Below, piece after piece: positions 25,126-32,000 of a DNA stretch of 32,000 bases. The stretch's first letter is position 1. Each line of letters starts with the position of its first letter. The notes under the pieces are model-generated. The model had not been told where the DNA came from. It searched no databases and saw nothing but the letters and a program-made list of their open reading frames with translations. A program made the position numbers and the translations under genes. The DNA is from Nitrososphaerota archaeon (GTDB lineage Archaea; Thermoproteota; Nitrososphaeria_A; Caldarchaeales; Calditenuaceae), in NCBI GenBank assembly GCA_038741355.1, contig JAVYLC010000005.1, positions 1-32,000 on the forward strand, read 5' to 3'.

Positions 25126-26322
25126 TTAGCTAGGTTTTCGTCTCGCTATCCGCGTGGCACTTATCACTGTATCCAGCCCCCATATCTTGCTGAATCCCTC
25201 ACCAGCCTTCTGTTGAAATATGCTTCCCTTAGCATAGGTTGCTATCTCATGAGAGTAGAGGGGATTCTCTGCAACCCTTCCCACGACCCTAGCAGAGCCC
25301 TTGTATAGCTCCAGCTTCACACGACCCGTTACATTCTCTTGAGTACTCTCAATGAAGGCGTGGAGCGCATCCATAAGCGGGTCCAGCCAGAAGCCCTGAT
25401 AGACCATTTGACTCCACATCTTCTCGACCAGGGCCTTAAAGGAGAGCGTCTTGCCGTTGAGACTGATCTTCTCCAAGTCTTTGTGGGCCTTGATGAGTAT
25501 GAGCGCCGCGGGCGCCTCATAGACCTCCCTCGACTTTATTCCCACTGCCCTATCCTCTATGTGGTCTATGATTCCGAAGCCAGTGCGCCCGCCAATTATG
25601 TTGAGCTCACGAATCAGCTCGCCGAGCGGCATGTCTCTCCCATTTAACCCCACTGGAACACCTCTCTCGAAATCTATCTCCAATAACTCCACCTTGTCGG
25701 GTGCCTGGCGGGGGTCGACCACATACTTGAAGGCCTCGAAGGGAGGCTTGACCCAAGGATCCTCCAGCTCAGCAGCTTCCACTGATCGGCTCCAGAGATT
25801 CTCGTCTATGCTGAACCTGCTCTGCCTAAAGTCCAGCTTTAGGCCTCTACTCTTTGCATACTCTATCTCCTCGTCCCTGCTCAGGTCCCATTCCCTAATG
25901 GGCGCGATGATTCTAAGCTGGGGTGCCAAAACCGATATCGTGGTATCGAATCTCAGCTGGTCGTTTCCCTTCCCAGTGCATCCGTGGGCGACAGCGTCGC
26001 ACCCTTCCCTCAGGGCCACTTCCACAACCTTTGAGGCGATAAGTGGTCTCGCCAAGGCGGTTCCAAGAGGATATTCGTCTTCGTAGAGCCCGTTTGCCTT
26101 GATGCATGGCTTGATGTAATGTTCTATGAATTCTTTCTTCGCGTCGATGTAAAAGTGGTTTGATGCGCCGGCGGCGAGCGCCCTTTCCTCAATCTCGCTG
26201 AAATCCTCGCTCTGTCCAACATCGACCGTCACAGTTATGACGTCTGCACCATACCTCTCCTTCAACCAAGGGATTGAGACAGTAGTGTCTAGCCCTCCAC
26301 TATATGCTAGTGCGACCTTCAT
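25126..26322 (-). CDS. argG: Argininosuccinate synthase
   Basis: MKVALAYSGGLDTTV (ATP pyrophosphatase loop), AHGCTGKGNDQLRF and SIDENLW. 398 aa. Confidence 0.9.
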   Translation of the reverse strand: MKVALAYSGGLDTTVSIPWLKERYGADVITVTVDVGQSEDFSEIEERALAAGASNHFYIDAKKEFIEHYIKPCIKANGLYEDEYPLGTALARPLIASKVVEVALREGCDAVAHGCTGKGNDQLRFDTTISVLAPQLRIIAPIREWDLSRDEEIEYAKSRGLKLDFRQSRFSIDENLWSRSVEAAELEDPWVKPPFEAFKYVVDPRQAPDKVELLEIDFERGVPVGLNGRDMPLGELIRELNIIGGRTGFGIIDHIEDRAVGIKSREVYEAPAALILIKAHKDLEKISLNGKTLSFKALVEKMWSQMVYQGFWLDPLMDALHAFIESTQENVTGRVKLELYKGSARVVGRVAENPLYSHEIATYAKGSIFQQKAGEGFSKIWGLDTVISATRIARRKPS

Positions 26323-26387
26323 GATTGAACCAGCCTACACCGATGTTTTTTAAGATTATTGTCGCGGGGTTTGAAAGGATGAATAAC

Positions 26388-26399
26388 AGATATATATCT
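26388..26399. promoter_or_regulatory. Palindromic TATA-like element AGATATATATCT
   Basis: Perfect 12-nt palindrome in the divergent argG/SCP2 intergenic region. It is centred about 26 nt upstream of the GTG start at 26420 (leaderless spacing for the SCP2 gene). Confidence 0.3.
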
Positions 26400-26419
26400 A
26401 GTTTGGGGTAGAAAAATGC

Positions 26420-26761
26420 GTGGCTAACAGGTCTCTATCAGCTCTACGTGAACTCGTCGCGCTCGCGTCCGAGAAGCCTATGATAAAGATGCGCACAGCC
26501 AGGATGGTCAAGACCTTCCAGTTCAAGCCATCAGACGCCCCGCCCTACTACCTCGAGGTCGTCAACGGAGTTTTAAAGGTGGGCGAGGGCGAGGTAAGCA
26601 ACCCAGTAGCCACGATAATAGCCACAGACGACGACCTAGCAGGAATCATCAAGGGGACCGTCGACCCGGTCCAGCTCTTCTTCGCCGGCCGCGTCAAGGT
26701 ACAGGGCAGCCTATTCGACGCCCAAGAACTGGCCACAATCCTAAGAGACGCCGCACGATAA
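26420..26761 (+). CDS. SCP2 (sterol-carrier-protein-2-like) domain protein
   Basis: 113 aa, GTG start. The C-terminal pattern DDDLAGIIKGTVDPVQLFFAGRVKVQGSLFDAQEL is typical of SCP2 domains. Confidence 0.6.
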   Translation: MANRSLSALRELVALASEKPMIKMRTARMVKTFQFKPSDAPPYYLEVVNGVLKVGEGEVSNPVATIIATDDDLAGIIKGTVDPVQLFFAGRVKVQGSLFDAQELATILRDAAR

Positions 26762-26815
26762 CCCTTCGACAAACTATTTTACACAAACTCGTATTCAGGG
26801 AAATTTTGTATAGAA

Positions 26816-26850
26816 TGCCGGCGGTGGGATTCGAACCCACGACCTCCACT
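26816..26850 (-). tRNA. Orphan tRNA 3' half (positions about 39-73): anticodon-stem 3' strand, variable loop, T arm, acceptor 3' strand, discriminator A
   Basis: The minus strand reads AGTGG-AGGTC-GTGGG-TTCGAAT-CCCAC-CGCCGGC-A. No CCA is encoded. No matching 5' acceptor strand (GCCGGCG), D arm or anticodon-stem partner (CCACT) was found within several hundred nt upstream. Confidence 0.6.
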
Positions 26851-27058
26851 CAAAATCTAACTTGTCTAATTTTTATGATACTTTCGGGACTCATGTATAG
26901 CCGTCGAGCTCGCCGTATAGCTTCTGGTCCCTGCTAAGCCTAAGGCGGAGAACTCTACAACCTATTCAGAAGCTTCAGGCTACGCGTCAAAATCGACACA
27001 AAAATAATGTATGTTAAGAGAGGGGGGAGAAAGACCTTAGAGAGCTTTTCCGATAAGC

Positions 27059-27649
27059 CTACCACTCGCCCTTGTTTGCGTAGGGGATGCTCCATAACGC
27101 CACCGACAGCGTCACAGCCTTAAACCAAGCGCTTTGCATCTTCTCAACCTCCTCCGGCGAATGACCTTTCTTAGCAAGGAAAGGCTTGATGGTCGCTGTT
27201 ATGGGGACGATGAACGCAATCATGTATCTCAGTGGAATATGTTCGACTGAGTCAACTTTGTCCGTCTTATTCTTCTTCGACCTGTGATGACGTTGACCTA
27301 TCTCATACTGGTAGTCAAGCCACTCGCGGTCATACACTCTAAAACACGTGTCAAGAATCCACTGGCCAAACCGTCTCCTCACAGCCTCCAGATACTCTGA
27401 TATGGGCTGCCCCGTCCTCCTGTCCCCGAAGTAGTAGACAAGATGCTTGTGTGAGCCAACCCATCCATACCAAAGGTCCAGAACGTCGTCAACCTGGTCC
27501 TTCAAAACCTCGCCAGCCAAACGCAGGTACTTGATGTCCTCGTCAGTCATCAAAACCGTCGTCTTCAACAGCTCGAACTCCTCGTCGCTGACAGGGGCTC
27601 TCGCCAACTCCCTCGAACCGTATGTGTATCCTGGGATCTGCACGCTCAT
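27059..27649 (-). CDS. Protoglobin (archaeal globin-coupled-sensor-type heme globin domain)
   Basis: MSVQIPGYTYG..., DLWYGWVGSHKHLVYYF, WLDYQYEIGQRHHRSKKNKTD (proximal-His region), ITATIKPFLAKKGHSPEEVEKM and AWFKAVTLSVALW. Near-colinear with Methanosarcina/Aeropyrum protoglobins as recalled. The ATG at 27647-27649 is preferred over the longer ORF. Confidence 0.85.
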   Translation of the reverse strand: MSVQIPGYTYGSRELARAPVSDEEFELLKTTVLMTDEDIKYLRLAGEVLKDQVDDVLDLWYGWVGSHKHLVYYFGDRRTGQPISEYLEAVRRRFGQWILDTCFRVYDREWLDYQYEIGQRHHRSKKNKTDKVDSVEHIPLRYMIAFIVPITATIKPFLAKKGHSPEEVEKMQSAWFKAVTLSVALWSIPYANKGEW

Positions 27650-27770
27650 GCGTTTACACCATCGTCCTGCATATTTGAGAGTTAGCTGACAAAACGGTAA
27701 GGCTGTTACCGGAAAGTAACCGCACAAGCTTTTCTAAACGTTTATATCTTTTGTAAGAAGTCACAACTCA

Positions 27771-28325
27771 GTGACTGTCCCTCAGCAGCGCAGCATGCTT
27801 ACGCCGCCCGTTTTCAGATGCAAGCATACAATACCCATTCTTTCAGCGATGAGAGGTAGCGCGCTCAGGTTCTCCGAGCTTGAGCGTAGGCTCGGCGTCA
27901 AGCCATCTGTTTTGGTCAGGAAGCTTTGGCTGCTGCAGCGTGAGGGGCTGGTCAGGGCTGATGGGGGGAAGTACATGCTGACCGAGACAGGGGAGCAGAT
28001 AACCCGGCTTCTGACACCGATTGTCTCTGAGGTTTCTCTGCAGGCGTTGGCGGAGGTTCTGAAATGCAAATGGTCTAAGGAGATTTTGACAAGCCTGTTG
28101 AAAGGCCCCCGATACAGCGTAGAGCTGGTCAACAGCTTGGACGGATTAAGCTGGAAAGTCGCTTCTGAAAGGTTGAGAAAGCTTCAGAAACACGGGCTTG
28201 TTGCAAAAACAGTTCAAGCGGAGACCACGCCCGTCAGAGTTGTTTACAGCCTTACGAGGAAGGGAAAGCTGCTGGCCTGGTGGCTTCTGAGCGCGGGCCT
28301 CATCGTCCAGCCGCAGACTACATAA
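27771..28325 (+). CDS. Transcriptional regulator with two winged-helix domains (C-terminal HxlR-type)
   Basis: The N-terminal wHTH is FSELERRLGVKPSVLVRKLWLLQREGLVR. The C-terminal HxlR-like domain is CKWSKEILTSLLKGPRYSVELV...ASERLRKLQKHGLVAKTV...PVRVVYSLTRKGKLL. GTG start. Divergent from the protoglobin gene. Confidence 0.65.
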   Translation: MTVPQQRSMLTPPVFRCKHTIPILSAMRGSALRFSELERRLGVKPSVLVRKLWLLQREGLVRADGGKYMLTETGEQITRLLTPIVSEVSLQALAEVLKCKWSKEILTSLLKGPRYSVELVNSLDGLSWKVASERLRKLQKHGLVAKTVQAETTPVRVVYSLTRKGKLLAWWLLSAGLIVQPQTT

Positions 28326-28350
28326 GACCCTTTAAGGCTTGACGTGGACT

Positions 28351-28704
28351 ATGTCGGTGCGCTACGAAATATCCGAAGACCTTCTATACACCAGAGACCA
28401 TGAATGGGTGAGACATGAGAAAAAGTATGCGTACGTGGGGATAACTGACTACGCTCAGAAAAAGCTGCGGGAGATCATCCACATCGAGCTACCTCACACA
28501 AACGTCAAGGTCAAGGCTAAAGAGGTTTTGGGCACTGTTGAGTCCGTCAAATCCACGGCCGACGTCTACTCCCCTGTTCCTGGAAAGATAGTGGAGGTCA
28601 ACTTAAAGCTCCTCGACCACCCTGAGATCCTCAACGAATCACCCTACACCGACGGCTGGATAGCCAAGGTAGAGCTTTCAGACCTTCAGAGCTGGACAAG
28701 CTGA
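28351..28704 (+). CDS. gcvH: Glycine cleavage system H protein (lipoyl carrier)
   Basis: YTRDHEWV, GITDYAQKKL, lipoyl-lysine context VESVKSTADVYSPVPGKIVEVN, and PYTDGWIAKV. The ATG at 28351 is preferred over TTG at 28339. No gcvT/gcvP gene is adjacent. Confidence 0.8.
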   Translation: MSVRYEISEDLLYTRDHEWVRHEKKYAYVGITDYAQKKLREIIHIELPHTNVKVKAKEVLGTVESVKSTADVYSPVPGKIVEVNLKLLDHPEILNESPYTDGWIAKVELSDLQSWTS

Positions 28705-28922
28705 TGGACGCAGACGAGTACAGAAGGTATCTCGAGGAGCTTGCGGAGAAGAAAACCGAAGAGGAAATGAGAAAAACCCACATGCATAAAGAGAGAGTTT
28801 TACTCGCCTTAGACTGCTGGAAGAAAGTTTTCACGCTGAAAACACTGGGCGGAGGATACGTTAGATGTTTTCTGTTGTTTGGTGAGGAAGGGTTCACCGC
28901 CGTTGAAACGTCGGACCGCTAA
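28704..28922 (+). CDS. Hypothetical small protein
   Basis: 72-aa ORF whose ATG overlaps the gcvH stop (TGATG). The N-terminus is a charged helix. No recognisable family. Coding status is uncertain. Confidence 0.25.
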   Translation: MDADEYRRYLEELAEKKTEEEMRKTHMHKERVLLALDCWKKVFTLKTLGGGYVRCFLLFGEEGFTAVETSDR

Positions 28923-29405
28923 CATCCCGCCATGGGTTGTTGGAAGCACTGGCGACGTAGCTTCAGACTTTCTGTCAAGGGTTATCGCTGAAGCTTCACG
29001 ACAGATGGGTATGGATACAAGCCTTACATTGAAAAAACTACCGGTAAGACAGTCGGTATGATGCTCAACAGCCTAGGCAACTCCGTCCGCAAATCCTGGT
29101 ACATTCCATACCAGAGTCATCTGAAGCTCGTCGTCAAGAAGAAGGTTGAGTTTCGTGTTTTGAGCAAGGCAGGCCGTGTTCAGAAATATCTTGTTCACCC
29201 TGAATCCTTGTCTCTGTTAAACCAGTTTGTCATGGAGGCTCTTGCCGGCAAACTGGTTTTGGAAACCGTTGCGTGAAGAAATGCATGAACGTTTTCTGCC
29301 CGTGTTTGGAAAACCACACGCTTTGCCGGCCGCTGGATGGCTAAGATGGAGCTTCAACCATACGGCCAACACCTATTTTTATACTCGCACTAGCTGTGAA
29401 AACAT

Positions 29406-29801
29406 GTGGTTGAGAGGAGTCGGGACTGGATGGACCAAGCGGAAGGGGACCTTGAGCATGCGAAATCCGACCTAGAACGTGGTTTTTATGACTGGGCGTG
29501 TTTCTCAGCCCAGCAGTCAGCTGAAAAAGCGGTGAAAGCCGTTTTCCAGAAGCTAGGCGCCGAGGCGTGGGGCCATTCCGTTTACGACTTGCTTATAAGC
29601 CTCAGAGAAAAAACCACGGTAGACGAAGAGCTTCTAACATATTCGCTGGAGCTGGATAAAGCCTACATTCCAACCCGATACCCAAACGCACACCCATCCC
29701 TCTCCCCACGCAGAAGATACACAAAAGTAGAGGCTGAGCGAATGATACACTATGCGGAGAGAATCCTCGGGTTCTGTAAAAATTTATTATCCAAAGTATA
29801 G
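29406..29801 (+). CDS. HEPN-domain protein (HEPN-MNT toxin-antitoxin type)
   Basis: WMDQAEGDLEHAKSDLERGFYDWACFSAQQSAEKAVKAV and the R-x4-6-H motif region IPTRYPNAHP. GTG start (alternative ATG at 29430). Confidence 0.75.
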   Translation: MVERSRDWMDQAEGDLEHAKSDLERGFYDWACFSAQQSAEKAVKAVFQKLGAEAWGHSVYDLLISLREKTTVDEELLTYSLELDKAYIPTRYPNAHPSLSPRRRYTKVEAERMIHYAERILGFCKNLLSKV

Positions 29802-30117
29802 TTTGGATGATGTTGTTTCAAGGGTGCGTGAGGCCGTTGACAGGCTTTCAAACAGGCTTGGGTTGTTGAAGGTTGTGGTATTCGGCTCTTACGCGGCCAG
29901 AAGGTTCACGGCAGCGAGCGACGTAGACATCTTGATAGTTTACGACGAACAAGTGTGCGACGGCGACACGGTCTACAACGTGTTCAGGACAAACCTGTCT
30001 CTCGAAAGAGCAGAGCTACACCTACTTTCAAAAAAACAGTATGAATCGATGAAAGACGGTAGATGGCTGAAGACCGTTGCCGCTGAAGGTGTCGTAGTGT
30101 ATGATGTCGGCGTTTGA
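29752..30117 (+). CDS. Minimal nucleotidyltransferase (MNT), partner of the HEPN protein
   Basis: VVVFGSYAARRFTAASDVDILIVY (the GS...DxD pol-beta-type NTase motif). The ORF-track ATG overlaps the HEPN gene by 50 nt. A TTG at 29803, 2 nt after the HEPN stop, is an alternative start. Confidence 0.75.
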   Translation: MRRESSGSVKIYYPKYSLDDVVSRVREAVDRLSNRLGLLKVVVFGSYAARRFTAASDVDILIVYDEQVCDGDTVYNVFRTNLSLERAELHLLSKKQYESMKDGRWLKTVAAEGVVVYDVGV

Positions 30118-30391
30118 GATGTGTTTCAGGGTTTGAGCTAAGCCTTTATATCGATGTTGTTTGCAGCAGAGCTTTCCGAAGGAGACTGGCTTGGTGTTGG
30201 TTAAAGTTCAGAGAATCACGAGCTACACAGACCCGGAGACGATGAGGCCGGGGAAGATTATCGAGCTTGTCGAGGTCAGGAGAAGCGGCGGTTTCCAGCC
30301 CGCGGGATTGGGCGAGGAGTCGCTGATGGTGCAGAGGATGCTTCAAAACAGCCATAGCATCTCTACACGAATAAACTCGGTTTGGACGATG

Positions 30392-31104
30392 TTAGTCTAG
30401 GGGGATTCTTACGGCGGCCGAAAGAACAGCCTTCCCAGCCTTCTCCACAAACGGCTTCAGGTATTCGGCGTCAACCATCGGAGCCATCTCGGCCAAGTTA
30501 TTGCTTACGAGGAGAGCCGCACCCGTCTTGACGCCGCGCATCATGCCTAACCCGAACAAGGTCGCGCACTCCATTTCAATAGCTATGTACCCATTTTTAG
30601 ACCATCTGCTGACAAACTCCGGGTCTTCGGCGTAGAAGGCGTCGCTGGAGAAGACGGGGCCGACGTAGGTTTTGAGACCGTGGCCGTTGAGCTCGTTAAC
30701 CAACGTCGTCAAGACATCGTAGCTGGGGACGGGTGTTATGTGGAGGTCGGGAATGTATTGCTGCAGGCTGCCGCCGATGTAGGCAGCTGCGGGGGGTATG
30801 ACGGCTTCGCCGTTCCTCATCCCTTTGATGAAAGCACCGCACGAACCCAGCCTGATAATCAATTTAGCGCCGAGCATGATTACCTCCTCGAACACTATAG
30901 CCGACGAAGGCCCTCCGACGCCGTGGCAGATGACGGTCACAGCTCGCCGTTGTAGTATCCTGTATACGCTATGAAGCCTCTGTTCTCGTTGACCAGACGG
31001 GGTTTGTCGAGCATTTTAGAGAGCTGGACGACGCGTGCAGGGTCACCGGCAGCCATAACCCTTTTCGCCACATCTTTCGTCTTCAAATGCTGCGGCTCAA
31101 CCAT
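30392..31104 (-). pseudogene. Purine/uridine nucleoside phosphorylase (PNP/UDP family) split by a 1-nt frameshift
   Basis: The N-terminal 55 codons (ATG 31102-31104: MVEPQHLKTKDVAKRVMAAGDPARV...GFIAYTGYYNGEL-stop at 30937-30939) continue in another frame as VTVICHGVGGPSSAIVFEE...IIRLGSCGAF (30392-30940). Together they parallel E. coli DeoD [22 protein letters not shown]...IIRVGSCGAV. Confidence 0.7.
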
Positions 31105-31211
31105 AATCAATCACAGTTAATCATGGTTGAAAAACGTTTCTCAAACCCAGGCCTTGTACCGCCGCGTAAGTCTTGAAAGCTCTCACCACACCGCATTCAA
31201 AACCCGCAAAT

Positions 31212-31429
31212 CCTGTTGAACAGGTTAAGCCATATCTCTCAGATACGTCCCTAAGGCTAAGGCCAGCTAAGAATAAGAGAGCAGCGTAGGCCTTCTCACG
31301 AGGACTATAATTATGAAATCCTGAACAGCCCCAGACAAGACGTCAACGAGATAGTCGAAGACATGCATGACGCCACAAGAAAGAACTAGGCCAACGGCCT
31401 ACTGGAAAAAGCTTAAGTTGACAGGGCCC
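31212..31429. mobile_element. Second, decayed copy of the IS6-derived MITE
   Basis: The right end CTTAAGTTGACAGGGCC (31412-31428) is 15/17 identical to 24066-24082. Sub-terminal matches are shared with the intact copy (AAGCCAT(AT)CTCT at the left, CTAGGCCAA at the right). The left repeat is degenerate (CCTGTTGAACAGGTTAAG, 31212-31229). Confidence 0.35.
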
Positions 31430-31447
31430 ATCACAGAGCCTGAAAAC

Positions 31448-31810
31448 TTATAAACCTCCATAAATATCACAACCATTAGTGAAGTAAGACAAGCCATGGA
31501 CGGATGCAATAAGAAAAGCGTTACATGAATTACAGCTGAGGGAGGAAGATTTTGTGGAAAAAGAATCAGCCCTGACGTTTACGGTTGGGTAGCCTTGAGC
31601 GAGGCGTGAGTAGTCGTCGCCCACCATGTGCGGCCTAGACCAGGTTTTGTAGGGTGGGCCTGAGCTCCTCACGTAGAAGATGTCTCCAGCCTCATCGTCT
31701 GCACCAGGCTCACCAGCAATACCATCGCCATCTATATCAGGATAACCATCTCCATCCACATCCCATTCAGGAGACATCGAAAGGGTAAGACACTTCACAG
31801 AGCACTGCAA
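31448..31810 (-). CDS. Hypothetical protein fragment with Asp-rich Ca-binding-like repeats
   Basis: WDVDGDGYPDIDGDGIAGEPGADDEAGD resembles thrombospondin-type-3/dockerin-like DxDxDG calcium loops. TTG start, no signal peptide. Possibly a gene remnant. Confidence 0.25.
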   Translation of the reverse strand: MQCSVKCLTLSMSPEWDVDGDGYPDIDGDGIAGEPGADDEAGDIFYVRSSGPPYKTWSRPHMVGDDYSRLAQGYPTVNVRADSFSTKSSSLSCNSCNAFLIASVHGLSYFTNGCDIYGGL

Positions 31811-32000
31811 AGACTACATACGGAGTTTTCTGAGAGGATTCCTCGATAGCGAGGGATCTGTGGTTAACAGAGACGGAGGAATTTATTGCTTTAATACAGA
31901 TGTCAGGCTTCTCAAATACATTCGGCGACTTCTAGGATTCTAAGCATAGAGACAAGTGGGCCAAGAATCTATATCAGGAAAGGGACCATTCTATTCAATA
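31746..32000 (+). pseudogene. LAGLIDADG homing-endonuclease fragment with internal frameshift, running off the window
   Basis: Frame 0 reads KDYIRSFLRGFLDSEGSVVNRDGGIYCFNTDVRLLKYIRRLLGF-stop (31941-31943). The expected continuation ILSIETSGPRIYIRKGTILFN is in another frame from 31934 to the window end. No first LAGLIDADG motif is present upstream. Confidence 0.45.

Noticed and set aside
26851-27058. Searched upstream of the tRNA 3' half for the missing 5' half, allowing for a long intron
   Set aside because: Within this spacer the minus strand has no GCCGGCG-type acceptor strand, no D-arm consensus and no CCACT anticodon-stem partner. A complete intron-containing tRNA is therefore not supported.
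30161-30400. 79-aa + strand ORF between the MNT gene and the phosphorylase pseudogene
   Set aside because: It has a TTG start and no recognisable motif. It overlaps a same-size antisense ORF and the 3' end of the phosphorylase gene. There is not enough support to list it as a gene.
31863-31872. GTTAACAGAG inside the LAGLIDADG fragment matches 10 nt of the MITE terminal repeat
   Set aside because: The match does not extend in either direction and falls within a coding motif (S-V-V-N-R-D), so it is treated as coincidence.
1-32000. CRISPR arrays, rRNA genes and complete tRNA genes
   Set aside because: No regularly spaced direct repeats, no rRNA-like conserved stretches and no full cloverleaf were seen on reading the intergenic regions. 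The only tRNA-like sequence is the 3' half at 26816-26850.

Overview
Archaeal chromosomal window. The gene content (gins-mcm-hel308, Dpo4, aCPSF1/FttA, EndoQ-like nuclease, mevalonate kinase, leaderless-type TATA spacing) suggests a thermophilic Thermoproteota or Aigarchaeota-like lineage; this is inference only. Positions 1-14.8 kb hold housekeeping genes: a methyltransferase, a CitG-like gene, a tightly packed gins-mcm-hel308 unit (mcm carries a 523-aa LAGLIDADG intein), a CBS protein, a large surface protein, EndoQ-like and aCPSF1. Positions 14.8-16.9 kb are a decayed mobile-element patch: an IS110-like remnant next to an unusually GC-rich hairpin-dense block, plus two opposed IS6-family transposase fragments meeting at an IS6-type terminal repeat. 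Positions 16.9-20.5 kb hold the main find, a compact eukaryote-type ubiquitin module. Ub (ending in GG-stop), a UBC-fold E2 and an E1 are translationally coupled on the + strand. They are divergent from a JAMM/MPN+ protease that is coupled to an unknown coiled-coil protein. No RING/E3 ORF is present in the cluster. Positions 20.5-26.8 kb are mostly housekeeping (threonine dehydratase, DUF211+VIT, Dpo4, mvk, argG, SCP2), with an intact 279-bp IS6-derived MITE between dpo4 and mvk. At 26.8 kb there is an orphan tRNA 3' half. From there to the window end the content looks accessory: protoglobin with a tandem-wHTH regulator, orphan gcvH, a HEPN-MNT pair, a frameshifted nucleoside phosphorylase, a second decayed MITE copy and a frameshifted LAGLIDADG fragment. 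No rRNA, complete tRNA or CRISPR array was seen. All family calls come from motif reading by eye and no searches were run.
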